From contig JAWMAR010000406.1 of assembly GCA_036785375.1 (NCBI GenBank), positions 1,054,001-1,118,000 of the forward strand: a stretch of DNA of 64,000 nt. The letters run 5' to 3'. Shown here piece after piece: positions 27,431 through 41,304 of this stretch. Source of the DNA: Leucoraja ocellata. Its lineage: Eukaryota. The first letter of the stretch is position 1; every line of letters begins with the position of its first letter. The translations under genes were made by a program, and so were the position numbers. Below the pieces are notes generated by a model. That model had not been told where the DNA came from and searched no databases. It worked only from the letters and a program-made list of their open reading frames with translations.

Positions 27431-28804
27431 CTCAAGAATCTTCCGAAAACGTTTGATTCTCACTTACCAAAATGTCAGTCTGCTACAGAAACAAAGCCCT
27501 AACTTCCCTCACACAGTGGCAGCTAAGGCAGCAAAAGACAATAATCGATCTCCTTGCATTAATAGTGACTAAGACCACAGTGAATGAATGATAATCTTGA
27601 AATTGTCTTAAACCTGTGACAATGCTATTGTTCATGCAGCCTTTAAGCCAGGCTGTGCAATTTTAAGGAAACTTCTTCATAACCTCCAGTAGACTGGACA
27701 AAATAAAATGGCCAACGAAAGCCAGAAGTATTTGATTCCACAGTGTCTGAGTTTTAAAATAATTTTCATTATCAACCAATGAGAAATAAGCCAAAGTTGC
27801 TTGAAATTGCCAATGATAAACAGATAACAGTTGGCCTCAGGTTATGAATACCCAACTTATGTTTAGTCTGTAGGCATGAGTGATTGTTTGGGAGACCAGA
27901 GGGATGGATTTGCCAACTGCAAATATCAGGGGCTATGGGGAAAAGGCAGGAGAATGGAGTCAGGAGGGAGAGATAGATCAGCCATGACTGAATGACAGAG
28001 TAGACTTGATGGGCCGAAGGCCAAATTTCTGCTCCTATCACCTATGACCTTATGATCTGCTGCAAGCATCTTCTGCCACATGGGAAGGTGGCTCGTGGCA
28101 ATATCTGACTGCCGAGTTAATTGCGCTGGTTTAACTACACATTGCTCTCGATGACCTATGTTTTTATTTAAATGTTTTGCCAGGCGCCCACATTTCTGGT
28201 TTGTGAACTGTTAGGGTTATAAGCAGTTCTCAGGAGCTGAACCTTGCCGTAACCTGGGAAGGACATACAGAAGAACTAAACCTCATTGTTAAATAAAGAG
28301 TTTTGGCAACAATAGTGGAGAATTTCTGCTGACAACCAAATACCAGTGACTCCATTCAAGTAGTGCCAAACATCTATGAGTCATATTTTCCCCATTCTAG
28401 AGCTCTGGCAAGTTGCAAATGTGTCACGGCAGATTGGTGAATACAATGTACAAAGGTGCTCCACGCATTGAAGAGTACATTTCAAAATGAAGAAACAAAG
28501 AAATGTAGATGCTTGCTGATTAATACACAAAAGGACATAAAGTGCTGGAGTAACTCAACGGGTCAGGCAGCATCCCTGGAGAATATGGATAGGTTTCGAG
28601 TCGAGACCATTCTTCAGACCACTCCGGTGAAGCAGTATTAATCTAGTCTGCCACCAACTTATACTCGCAATGCACTCAATTCTGAGTCCCTGATTTCAAT
28701 TAGTGGTGAGCTGGCATGTGAACATGAGGATTTTCTCACAGGAAAACTTTATTTCAGGATTAAAAAAAAAAAAGCTTGAACAGCAAGGTACTGAGAATAC
28801 TTAC

Positions 28805-28880
28805 CAACTCTCCGTAGTGCTTCATTGCATATTCCAGGACCCCAGCTGCTGCCTCTGGTTGCTGCAGTTTGTTATTTATG
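28805..28880 (-). CDS. MTOR: MTOR internal exon (~human exon 29), 76 bp, FAT domain
   Basis: (S)INNKLQQPEAAAGVLEYAMKHYGEL; ttgacag| acceptor, |gtaagt donor; completes the AG|C Ser codon of the previous exon. Confidence 0.96.
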
Positions 28881-30384
28881 CTGTCAACGAAATTAGATAA
28901 TTTAGTACAATTCCAAGAAAGTGGCCGAGGATGTACATTACACTAAAAGATGTCCCAAAGTGCTCCAGGTCTAAAGAATTAACTTTGAAGTGCAATGACT
29001 GTTACGTGAGCAAGTTTGGAAGCCCGGATTTCAGTAACTAGAAGCAGAGTGGGCAAGGGGGGGACGGTCATGTGGCGTCTCTTACTTGTCACTATTCAGA
29101 GTCAAGAATTTAAGAGATTAGAGGGAGAAAATACGAAAACAAATGTAAGTTTAAATGCAAGTCAGACAAAAACAAATACAGAAGAACACTACATAATGAG
29201 AGTCAGAAGTACACATTCGATCTTTGCTAGTTCAGATTTAATGGTGTTAATCGTGCATCAAGATCCATCGGTACCCGTGAAGTACATATACCATTAATAT
29301 TTAGTTACTGTTGTGAATACGCATATAATCACTTCAAAAATGTGTCATCCACCAAATTTAAGAAACCACATACTATCTGCTTCACAATAATGTCTCCATT
29401 GGATTTGCAGGAAGAATCCTGTTAAGGAAATCAGCAGAATTTTATTGTAGTTACAATACCATTTTGTCACAATTTAATGCAAACATCCTCTAAAATATAG
29501 CTAGATTTACAACTTCCAATGCCCACCTTGGCTGATGCAATTGCAGTTAAATCATAAAGGATGTAATTTTGCCACTGTGACAAAAAGATACGTCTTGACT
29601 GGGTTTAGTTATGTTTGGCAGAAATTGACGCTGCTGTATTTAAAATCAATCATCAAGTATTTGAAAAACGGTTGAAAAGTTTCTGGAGGAATCAGGTTAA
29701 CTTTGAACGACTACAGCATGATTTGCTCAGTATAATCCATAACAGGCAATTACTGAGTAAAGTTAGAAGTTATAAAAAATTCAAACATGCAACATCAATA
29801 GGTGAAATGTTATTTAAACAGGTGGACCCAACCTCCATGTTGAATACTGTAGTGTTAAATTACCAGAACAAAGACAAACTGATAAAAAGCATTGAGAGTC
29901 TAAGAAGGAGGAGGACTATATATTTATACAGGTTACCTGAAGGACATAGTATGCAATGTAAACATACAACCTATTATTGCTATACTATTCACTTGTGCAT
30001 CATCTTATAAACTGACTGGATATCTTCTCCTTCGAAATGGAGTTCCTCATACATTGCATAACAAGATGATGTGGAGCAACAAGTATTTCAGTGTCTTTTG
30101 CCCATGACCAAGATTTGGTATCAACTTTTTTAACCAAGATCTCAGGAAAAAGCTACACACTAACAGAGGCAACGGGCCTTGGGATTCACAAATGACAGTG
30201 CGATGTAAAATATAAGAACAAGAATAACCGATGTTAATGACATTTAAACTGACTGAAGAATAACATATTTTTATCTAGGAAAACAAACATTGATATTTTC
30301 CCTTTGTCCCCTTCAAACTTCTACCACATCTCAAAATTGGTGGGCGGTATCGTGCACCTCATTGTTGAATCACCTTCGAGCCCA

Positions 30385-30555
30385 TCTTCCTTATCTCTGC
30401 GTCTCCCTCTCCCCTGACTCTCAGTCTGAAGAAGAGTCCCGACCCGAAACGTCACCCACTCCTTCTATCCAGACATGCTGCCAGTCCTGCTGAGTTACTG
30501 CAGCATTTTGTGTCTATCTTCAGTAAACCAGCATCTGCAGTACCTTCCTACACAT
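30385..30555 (+). repeat. Penelope-type terminal repeat with hammerhead-like core
   Basis: tcagtCTGAAGAagagtcccgacccGAAACGTCacc. Confidence 0.75.
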
Positions 30556-31473
30556 GTTCCTAAACCTACAGGACGTGGCTCACATTGTGTCCACCAACAC
30601 AGACGCGAACACAGACAGATTAACACAGTGAAACAATGGTGCAAACATTTATTTTCCTTTATCATTGAACATTTAGGTGAGTTGTCTATAAACAAATTCA
30701 CTTGACATCTTTATTTTAAGTTAACTGTATGTTTAATATCCAAAATGACTCAAAAGCACCAATACAACTAGAACTACATATCCTATCCTGTGCAACCAAA
30801 CACTGACTTCCCCTATCCAGATGCTATTGACGATGAAACCCTCATGCAAGCTATCTCAAATTTCTCCAAAACATCACCAACAACACATCTTCTTATTCCT
30901 AAGTGTCATAACATACTAAACCTTTGCTTTTCTGCCTCTCCTTCCTTGCTTCCAAAATTAATGAAGGATGCTTCAGTTATTATACCAATGCATTCTAACC
31001 CCAGCAATTCTCTATTTACAAATTAACTTGAATCTCAAATGTATTTATTTTGACTAAGCCATCAGTCCCCCTCCCCAACAGTCCAATCAACTTCTTAGAC
31101 ATATTTCTTAGGTGATAAGTGAAAGTTGATGTTGTGGACATAAAATTAAACCATTTAATTTCAGAATACGTTTTATGATTTTTCAAAAAATCTTTCTGGC
31201 AATGTGATTAAAAGACTTTCACTTATTATTTATGGATACATGCAAATACTAGCTTGGGAATCTTGCTTTTAACAAAGCGTTGTGCTACTGTTCCAATAAC
31301 AAATGTGTTTACTCACATTGTCGCTCATCGGTTTTTAAGTTTTGAATACATTGGGGAAAACAACTCCAATCAGGGCAATCCTCAATATAAATAATTTTGC
31401 TGAGGTAGTGCATTATTTGCAAATTAGTAACTTTAACCTTGCTTCCTTTCATTCGCCAATGTTGCACACAACA

Positions 31474-31790
31474 TACAGTGCCTTTCATAATGTTTGGGAC
31501 AAAGACCCATCATTTATTTATTTGCTTCTGTACTACACAATTTGAGATGTGTAACAGGAAAAAAAAAATCACGTGGTTAAAGTGCACATTGTCTGATTTT
31601 ATTAAAGGCCATTTTTATACATTTCGGTTTCACCATGTAGAAATTACCACTGTGTTTATACATAGTCCCCCCATTTCAGGATACCATAATGTTTGAGACA
31701 CATGGCTTCACAGGTGTTTGTAATTTCTCAGGTGTGTTTAAATGCCTCCTTAATGCAGGTATAAGAGAGCTCTCAGCACCTAGTCTTTAA
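31474..31790 (+). mobile_element. Tc1-like transposon left end (IR/DR type)
   Basis: TA|CAGTGCC terminus; direct repeat ATAATGTTTG(G/A)GAC at both ends of a ~220 bp IR; homologous to 46958-47160. Confidence 0.85.
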
Positions 31791-34309
31791 ACGCTTGGTT
31801 TAAGTTTTTGCTGATCATCACAAATGTGTGCAACTATTCAACCCCATAAGTGCACGGCACATGGAATTTACCAGTCATTTAAAACCATTAATAAGATTCT
31901 GTGTGTCAGCTTTATTTTGAATATTTGCAGTGGAGATTATCACAGTACATATGAAAGGAGAAAGAAAAATGGACAAATGTCGCCCAAAAATCTCCCTAGC
32001 TTAAATCAATATGGCAGAATAATCACCAGGGTCTCAATAGTCCAAAGGGCTTCAATAGTGCCATTTATTAAGACTAACTAGGGATAGTGTCAGTAATTGT
32101 AAAATTGCCAGTTTTGCCAAATCCAGCACCAAGACAAAAATCTAATTTGAAGATAAACATCATTCTGCTTGACCATTCCTCTCAAGTGTGAAGATGGCAT
32201 GAGGAAATGATTGATCATCCTTCAGCATCAAGTGTCCTTGTATTAACGCAGTGAACATTTAAAACAAACATGGAGGCTTCACCTACAGTTTTGCTGATGT
32301 GCACATCTGGGTTCCACCTGACCACTGCTGTCGTCTCCAAGTCCCTCCAGATGGAAAAAGATATGAAAATGTGTCACTAAAAAACCACAACAAAACATTG
32401 GCTTGTCAACTTCTTTGAATGTTCTGGTCAACCACATTTTTGTTATTTAAACAAGATTAGTGAAGCATGACAGTAAACAAACATGCTTCTTTTCAAGAAA
32501 TCCATCAAATATGTCCATGAAGAAGGAAAAAAATGACTTCTACTGATGTTAGATTTGATGTGAACTTGACAGCGTTATGATTCAACCATTAAAGTATAAG
32601 AGACAAATATGACCTTTTACGATGTTTCGGAAAATGAACACAGATATTTTATTGCACAAGTGGAACCAACATACATGTACTGACAATAGGTAAACTGAGA
32701 AATAATGTGGACAAATGCAAAAATAAAGCAACAAAAAAAACATGTAAACATAACAAAATCTTTTCACTAACATTGTGTTTCGGGTATCAAGACCAGAATT
32801 AAATGGTGAAATAATTTAAGCCACATGAATACTTTCATTGTTTAGCCTGATGAACAAGACTTCTATTGAATGAAATAAAATGTTTAAAAACGTTTCGAAC
32901 TACTATCATTTTGCATATGGATATAAAGATTTTGAATATCTCTGAACTATTCTGAGGCTGAGTAGGTGTGTGGCTGTATGACTGAAACAAAAGCAAAGAA
33001 TAGCACTGTGACACAGAGTGACACAGCATTGAAACAGGTCCTTCGACCCAACTTGCTCACACCGGCCAATATGTCCCAGCTACACTGCCCTCATTTGTTC
33101 CATATCCCTCCAAATCTGTCCTATCCATGTACCTGTCTAACTGTTTCTTAAACTAATGGGCTTGTCCCACTTAGGCAGTTTTTTAGGCGACTGCCAGCAA
33201 CTAAAATCAAATTGCATCAGTTCTGTCCCAAGAACATGTTGCCTCAAGCTGCTCAATGATATGTTGCACCTTGTACTATGCCGAGAAAAAAGGTGCATTG
33301 CCATTATCTGGCTTAGTTCTAAGAAGTGGTCAAACCATCTCAGCCATTTTCCTCAAAACACAAAAATTGGAAAATTACAGATACAATTCAACATGAAACA
33401 AATCTAGGATAAGCCAACTCAACTTTTCTTTGACCACAAGGAGAGAATTAAGTCTGGCCCCTTGAACGAAGGCATCATAATGAAGTAATGCCAAAGAAAT
33501 CCATGCGGTTGGATATTTCGCACAATCACTAAATGGCAAAATAATCAGCATCTGACAGCACAGATATTTCTGGTCAGTTTCAAAACAGCAAAGTTCAATT
33601 GTGTTCCAGCTTTGATCAAGTACGTTCACCATTAAACACTGACCTTGACTTAGAACATTTTGCTTTTGGCTTCAGCTGATAACACCCAAGAAAAACACTC
33701 TCAATTACTCAAAATTGAGCTTTTAACCCCAGCATAGATTTCCCACATAAATTGCCATGCCAGAAACATCATGTACCCTGCTAAACATGCTGATTTCTAC
33801 ATCCATTCTTTCTGCATTAAGAAAGCTTATGGTAATTTAAAGACTCATACAGATACCTGACCAATCCCTCTTGCTTGAGGGATGTGCAGGCCAGAGGTAA
33901 GAAAGACTGGATGACTAAAACTGCGAGTTGGAAGTTGGAGATTGAGAAGAACATAAAGTGTTCAAGGTTGCATCACAGAATGTTAAGATTTGGTCAGAGA
34001 AATAATTAAGGTAAGCCCTTAACAAGTCTGAAATTCCTATTATCAACTGGCTTTGATTTAGTTAGGCTTTATTGAGACCTTGTGTTCATGCATTAATTCA
34101 ATGAGGTTTCATTTAAGTGACTGAAAAGCCACAATTTTATTGAACAGTAATAAAAAATTACCCTGGAACTGGATCAAAACTGCAAATCATAACCAGTTTG
34201 AAGTGTCGGTGATTCAAACATTATATAAACACACATTCTTATGAAGTTTGTCATAAGTATTCTTTTGGAATATGTTCTCTGCGCTTGTGGAAAGAAAATC
34301 AAATAGGGG

Positions 34310-34750
34310 TGCAGGTGAGGGGGGAGGGAAGAGAGGGAGAGAGGGGCAGGTAGAGAGGGGGGGAGAGAGAGGGGGGAAGAGAGAGGGGGGAAGAGAGAGG
34401 GGGGAAGAGAGAGGGGGGAAGAGAGAGGGGGGAAGAGAGAGGGGGGAAGAGAGAGGGGGGAAGAGAGAGGGGGGAAGAGAGAGGGGGGAAGAGAGAGGGG
34501 GGAAGAGAGAGGGGGGAAGAGAGAGGGGGGNNNNNNNNNNNNNNNNNNNNNNNNNNNNNNNNNNNNNNNNNNNNNNNNNNNNNNNNNNNNNNNNNNNNNN
34601 NNNNNNNNNNNNNNNNNNNNNNNNNNNNNNNNNNNNNNNNNNNNNNNNNNNNNNNNNNNNNNNNNNNNNNNNNNNNNNNNNNNNNNNNNNNNNNNNNNNN
34701 NNNNNNNNNGGGGAGGGGGTGGGGGTGGGGGGAGAGATGGGGAGAGAGGG
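34310..34750. repeat. Polypurine minisatellite (GGGGGGAAGAGAGA)n spanning an assembly gap (N at 34531-34709)
   Basis: Direct observation of the 14-nt unit and the 179 Ns. Confidence 0.95.
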
Positions 34751-35234
34751 ACTTGGCAAGAAAATATGTGATCACATTTCTATTCTGGCTAGAACCAGCA
34801 ACATAAAGAAAATGTTATATGCTTTGAACCTTTGCAACAAACTGAAGGGGAAAGTTACAACCTATTTTGCTGATTAAGGTTCATCAACACAGTTATTTTT
34901 AAAATATTACAAATAAATTAACAGTTAGTATGTTGGCTACCTATCACAAACACAGGTTCATGTCCCTAATTTGTAACACAAGGCGTTCCTGTGCCTAATT
35001 GAACAAACTGGGTGAAAGGAACATGTGGATTCCTTCCTTACCAGCCAATTCTAGAGGATACGCTGGAGGTCTGGGGGGTTTGTGGATGTAGGTTGCGAAA
35101 GGAAGATGGTGTGGGTGATGGTTAAGGTGGGGTGGGGGGGGGGGGGGGGGTTGATGTTCAGAGGGGTCATGGATTAAAGCATGGTGACAGGGGAAGTATA
35201 GTTGAGGCTGAGAGATTAACCAGTGTAAGAACTG

Positions 35235-35526
35235 GTTAGTTTAGTTGAATTTAGAGATACAACGCAGAAACAAGCCCTTTTGCCCACTGAGACCACACCA
35301 ACCACAAACACTCGTTCACCAGTTCTACCCTACACACTCGGGACAATTTACAGAAGCCAATTAATCTACGAACATCCACATCTTGGGAATGCAAGTGGAA
35401 ACCCAGAGCACCTGGAGAGAACCCACCCGGTCACAGGAAGAACATACAAACTCCCCACATTCAGCACCCGTAGTCAAGATCCAACCGGGTCTCTGGTGTT
35501 GTAAGACTCTACTGCTGTGCCACTGT
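35235..35526 (-). mobile_element. SINE, near full length
   Basis: Tail ttagtttagtt...agagatac, through to head gctgtgccactgt. Confidence 0.8.
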
Positions 35527-36719
35527 CATGGCTACTGAGGCTCCACACAATACTGTGTGTCAGAGAAAACATCTTGCAAATGAAGAACGCAGCAACACTA
35601 CACTCTGAACCATCTGTTTATGTGTCCTTGAACTGGCGAGAGTGTGGGTAATGGCTACTGTCGGATGTGACTACCAACCGAATCAGTTTGGCAATGTTAT
35701 AACCAGATCTTAATGCCCCCATGGTATTGCATGCTAACAACATTTGTTGCTTTATTTGCATTATGTTTATTTATTTTCCCCCACTTAAATTTCATACATG
35801 CGAGTTTTATTCCTTGCCCCTGAGTTTTGGGCAATGATTTGCAAAATCCATAAGGGTAATCCTCCGTCACCTAATAGCCATAATGTGGGGGTTGGCTTTA
35901 ACAACTTTTAATAGGAGCTAATTATTAAAATAACAATAAGCAATAAAGTGTATGGGATTAAAAACCTCAACTCTGGTCAGAACTTTAGATAGAACAAACC
36001 AGCTCTTGTCTCGCCCTGGTGAAAGATCAATGTTTTATCCATGTTCCAAAAAGGAAACCAGATGTCTGTGTTGCTCCCGTGGTTTTATCAACTATAGACT
36101 AGATGTGGTCTGGAATCACTGTGGAACATGCCACAACAGAGCTCTACACAATAATTTGCAGCATACTTGCAACTTACCACATTTTCCACATTAAACCCCA
36201 AATTACACCGCAAAGCTTTTCTGCAAAAGTTGGAAACGCATTACTTTTAAATTGTTGTGAAATGCGACATCTTTTGCACAATGCTTCAGAAGCGGCTTTA
36301 GATGCTCCGTTAATTGGAAGATTGGGAAAAAGACTAAAATGAGAAATACTCTTACATGCATGAATTATGCAAACTTCACTCATTCCTTTTATCCAGGGAG
36401 TTAAGTTCAACTCACAGCTGGTTTCAAATTGCAATTATCATTATGGAATTAAGACAGATGTTGGCAAACTGAAATTTGAAGAGTTGGAGACAGATTATTT
36501 CTTCTAAAGCATATAAAAGTTAGACTCACATTTATAACTGGTTCACAAATATGCTTTAGGGAAAAATCTCAGCTGTCTTTACCCAGCTATGACTCCAGGC
36601 TGACAGCAATGTGACTGATTCTGTACTGCGCTCCAAAATAGTCTAGCGGACTCAGTTCAGGATCAAGCATCAGGATAAGACAAACATAAACTGCTGTTGG
36701 CAAAGCAACAATTCGGTGA

Positions 36720-36935
36720 AAGATACAAAATGCTGGAGCAAGTCAGCGGTTCAGGCAGCATCTCTGCATAGAAAGAACGGGTGGTGTTTTGGGTTGAGAA
36801 GGTCTGAAGAAGGGTTTCGACCCGAAACATCACCCATTCCTTCTATCCAGAGATGCTGCCTGTCCCACTGAATTACTCCAGCATTTGGTGTCTATCATCG
36901 GTGTAAACCGGCATCTGAAGTTCCTTCCTACACAA
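36720..36935. repeat. Fold-back (inverted) pair of the Penelope-type repeat
   Basis: acaaaatgctggag...aggcagcatctctg pairs with cagagatgctgcctg...ctccagcattt; similar pairs at 12909-13224 and 24803-24932. Confidence 0.85.
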
Positions 36936-39132
36936 CTCAGTGAAAGGTTCTCCAAGATCTGCCCTAAACTCCAGTCTTTTAGTGCAATACATTGCCCGCC
37001 GTTTAATGTTGCTCGCCGTTTCATCATGACTGATCTATTTTTTTCTTCTCAAACCCATTCTTCAGTCTTCTCACTGTAACCTTGGACACTCATGGCAATC
37101 ACGAACCTATCAATCTCCATTTTAAAAATACCCTTGGTGGTCTTATGATCAGGTGTATGCTGAAAGGTCCAGGACTACATGCTGAGGGATGAAATGGAGT
37201 CGAGCTGGAAAGGGTCATGGTTTAGGAATACAAGTTGATGCCCGCTCACTCATATTAAAACCCATTTGCTGGGCTCGGTGCATACAAAATGATCACTTAT
37301 GTCAAGCTAATGTGAAGTAATTGGAATAACTTGAGTTGCATCGAGAATATTGAACTATTAACGGCAATCCAAGACTAAGAACTAAGAAATAAAGCAAAAC
37401 TGAAGCAGCCGACAATATTCCTGCATTACTGGAACTATGCCGGACGTTGCAGTTTCAATTTATTACTTTGCAGATTTTGTTTCTTTGGTTCAGTTTTAGT
37501 TGCAACTCATTGCAACAAAAAAATTCCAGTTACGTAACATTAGCCTGACATCAATTATCATTGATGTGCAGCCAGTCGAGTAATAGTTGATGGGGTTTTA
37601 ATGTAGATCTGTGGGCTTCAGCTAGAAGTCTTTCTCCTGAAGTGAGTGGAAAACTTAACTGCTCATTCAATGTTAAGTCCCAAGGTCAGCCACATATCTT
37701 GGTGGATGATGAGGTCCTGCTCCTTAAACTTACATTGTGAAGCATTGGAACAGTGCAGGAGTCCAAAGACAGAGGTCTTTGTGGAAGTGGGATTGAGAAT
37801 TAATGTGAATGGTGACTGGAAGCTTAAGGTGACCTTTGCGGATTAAATAGAGATATCTTCATTTGCATTGAATTCTCCAAAGGGGAGACAGCATTTTGAG
37901 CAATGAATGCAATAAACCAAATTCTCATGACATATAGATGATAGTTAGGCTGAAGTAATACCAGGCGGTTAATAGGTTGGTTAACTGGTTCACTGGATAC
38001 AGGTGCAGGATCACCAACAGCAGCTTTGGAATGGGGCAGCTTCCACTGACCATATTGGAGCAGTTTAGTTTTAAGAGCCAAATAGTTTGAAAAGTTACAT
38101 TCTAAATCAAAATGAGCACCCATCACTGCTAATGGGTGACATATGTTCAAAATGCAACACTGTCATTTGGAAGAAAGTGCAAGACGGCAAAGGTTAGGCC
38201 GAAAACAGGGTATAAGTCATAACAGATTTAACACATTCAAAAGTGGACTGAATTCTGGGTAAAGTATAATGGTGCATTATAGAATGTTTCTTTTGCGGTA
38301 GCTCTTGAAAAACAGTGTTAAATTAAGAAAATACAATGACCCCAGGAAATAAGGGAAATAGGAAATTTCTACAACATTTCAAAATGTAGCGATTTTGCTG
38401 CTTCACATTATAACTTCCATGTGGAAAAAGTTCAGCAAAAATTTATTTTGGATATGATTCCAACTCTCAAAATTCCGCTTTGCACAGATTGTCAAACCCA
38501 TTATCATTGTTACTTTTAATATCCAAGACATAGAACAGGAATACAATTGCATTTTGAATCTTCCACAGCTGGCAGTAAAATAAATGTAAATCTTAACTAC
38601 TCCGCCCACTATGGTTGCAACCTGTTTTAATAACAGCTCAGACGTGTGCATTAAAGAACGGAATTGGAACAAGATATCTACACTGGAAACATTGTGATGA
38701 GAAAGGCAGGTTCTTCTAGATACACTGCAAACTGAATCACCTTTGTTCTGCAAGAGCGATTTTTAGCTTCCAGCTGATTAGCACTGGTTTCAGTTACTCA
38801 ATTAAACAAAATTGACCAAATTAAACCATAAGATTAAACCCAATCAACCGTGAAAATGTAAACCATTTTATAGAATGTTTTGTTCTACCATTCACTACTT
38901 CACCACAAAGGAATTTGAACTGGAGAGTGCATAATATTCCGCTGTCTGACATTAATAAAGCATAAGTTAACCATACTTATTATACATTATTCTGCCCACT
39001 CAGTCCAAAACGTTCTTTGCAGATATAACTAAATACAAATGCAGCTTTTATGAAAACGCAGCCTGGATCCAGGATTCACGGCAATTAATTTATTTTAAAG
39101 AATATCCTGCCATTTGGGAAGGTTTAACAGGA

Positions 39133-39360
39133 GTGGCACAGTGGTACAACTGGTAGAGCTGTTGCTTCACACACCAGGGTGTTGACTGTGATCTTGTGCG
39201 TTTCCACTTGGTGCTCCGGTTTCCTCCCACATCCCAAAGACGTGTGGGTTTCTCAGTTAAGTTGCCTCTGTGAAATTGCCCCTTATGTGGACGAGAAGGT
39301 GGGATAACACAAGACTAGTGTGTACGGGTGACCGATGGTCAGAGTCAAATGGCAGTTTCA
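39133..39360 (+). mobile_element. SINE, internally deleted
   Basis: gtggcacagtggtacaactggtagagctg...ggtgctccggtttcctcccacatcccaaagacgtg. Confidence 0.75.
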
Positions 39361-39779
39361 GACATTTGCCAGGGAGAAGGATGGAGTTGGCAATTAGGAA
39401 AGCGTTTTTGATGGAGCCCAACGATGGTGACCTTGATCTTCCCAATACAGAGTTGGAAGAAATGATCGGACAATGTAAAGAGAGCAGTGAGGTCATAAAA
39501 AGTTAGCATTAGCTCATGACGTGCTCTTTTCAGAAAGTCACTATGCACAAAATAAAAGGGCAGGGACAGATCTCGAATGGACACTTGCAGTAATGGTGCA
39601 GATACGAGAAGCAAAGCCATTGAGGATGATCCTCAGCAATGAGTGCATAGAAAAAGAATGGAAGGCGGCTAGCATGATTTGCCCAAGTGGCCAACATTGG
39701 GAAGGCAGTACAGTGTGGAAACTTTTGTTGAGGTGCCCTCAAGTAGGTCAAGGAGGAATAGATATATCTGTGACAATGA

Positions 39780-40222
39780 GATAGAATCATAGTGTGGAAT
39801 CAGGCCCTTTGGCCCAACTTGCCCATTCTGACCAATACAGTAGGTCCCATCTACACCAGTCCCACCTGCCTGCGTTTGCCCCATATCCTCTGAATCTATC
39901 CTAGCCATATACCTGTCTAAATGTTTATTAAACTTTGCCAATATTACCTGCCTTAATGGCCTCCTCCAGCAGCTAGGTCCATACACCCAATCATCCTTTG
40001 TGCAAACAAGGCCCCCCTCAGTTTCCTATTAAATCCCTTCTCACATTAAACTCCTGGTTCTCGATTCCCCTACTCTGTGAATTTACTCGATCTATTCCTC
40101 TCATGATTTTGTACACCTCTATACGATCACCCCTCATTCTCTTGCGCTCGAAGGAAGAGTCTCAGGTTGCCCAACCTTTCCCTATATCTCGGGCCCTTGA
40201 GTCCTGGCAACATCCTCGTAAA
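39780..40222 (-). mobile_element. CR1 3' fragment
   Basis: atagaatcatagtgtggaatcaggccc tail; gatcacccctcattctcttgcgctc (ERKRMRGD reversed). Confidence 0.8.
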
Positions 40223-41304
40223 AATAGATAGAATATCATATTGAGTTTGATCAGGTAATTCACTACTGTGAAAAGTATGTCTGAAAGGAGGGATTTGTAG
40301 TCAAATGGGCATGAAATTGGGAGACAAGCTTCTGTTGAATCTGCTAAGTTATTCATTTTCTGTTGCTTAATCAAATTTGGCTGTTCTGACTTTTCCACTC
40401 TTTTTAAAACTGGGCTACATCTGCAAAAAGAGATTTCACCAATGCACATATATTTACAGTTGGACGTTTTCCGATATAGAGTTACGTAATCTAATTGCCT
40501 GAGACCAAACAATGCTCTTCTGTTCAGAATTCCCCAGTTACGTTGGTCTCGAATTGCCATCAAGTTAAGTGTGACAACATCAGGCATCTGCGTAATCTAT
40601 TAAACATCAGGCACTAGATTTCTGCGAATGCAGTTTACCTGATGCAACTATTCTAGACGTGAACAATGTAAAATATGTCAACAGAGAGTACTTTTGTAAT
40701 ACAGGCCAAACACTGGATAATATTGCTGGAGAAACTACACAGAATATTGAAAAGAGCTTTAGCCAAAGCAAATGGCTTGACCTACACAACGTCTTATACT
40801 TCAACTTGCATATAAATCACCATTACAAACTTTCTACATTAGTTGTAATCCAGAGCTGCAGGGTTTATGGTTTATGCATTTAATGACAGAACTACCAATA
40901 AAGGCAAATGGAGCAATCACCAGAACAATTATTTATCAAATAAATGTAGGATTTCCCGCAGAAAAAAATCAACCCAATGTCTGTTTTTGAATTCCTCTCA
41001 TAATATTTTCACAAAATTACATTTCATTCAGGTCAATTCCAATAGTGGTTATCCTGCTAACTAATGGTTTACTGAATGGTTTGTCCCACATGGCAGAAAA
41101 ACCAACAGGAAATTTTAGCTTGTTACAGTTTTGTCTAAAATTACTGAGTTTTATTTCTCCATTCTGCTCATAAATGTAGAATGTTTGGGAATGGTAGCAT
41201 GTTAATTTGCCCTTGAATTTTCAGAAACATATGTGGAAAAAGAAACTGAAAAATGCTCCAATGTAAATGGTCGAATAGGGCAGCATGGACCTACTGTAGA
41301 GCTA

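Noticed and set aside
29615-30010. 131-aa ORF
   Set aside because: TTG start, no family motif or splice context recognised; probably chance
34214-34877. Long Gly/Arg/Glu and Pro/Leu/Ser ORFs
   Set aside because: Translation of a purine minisatellite and an N gap
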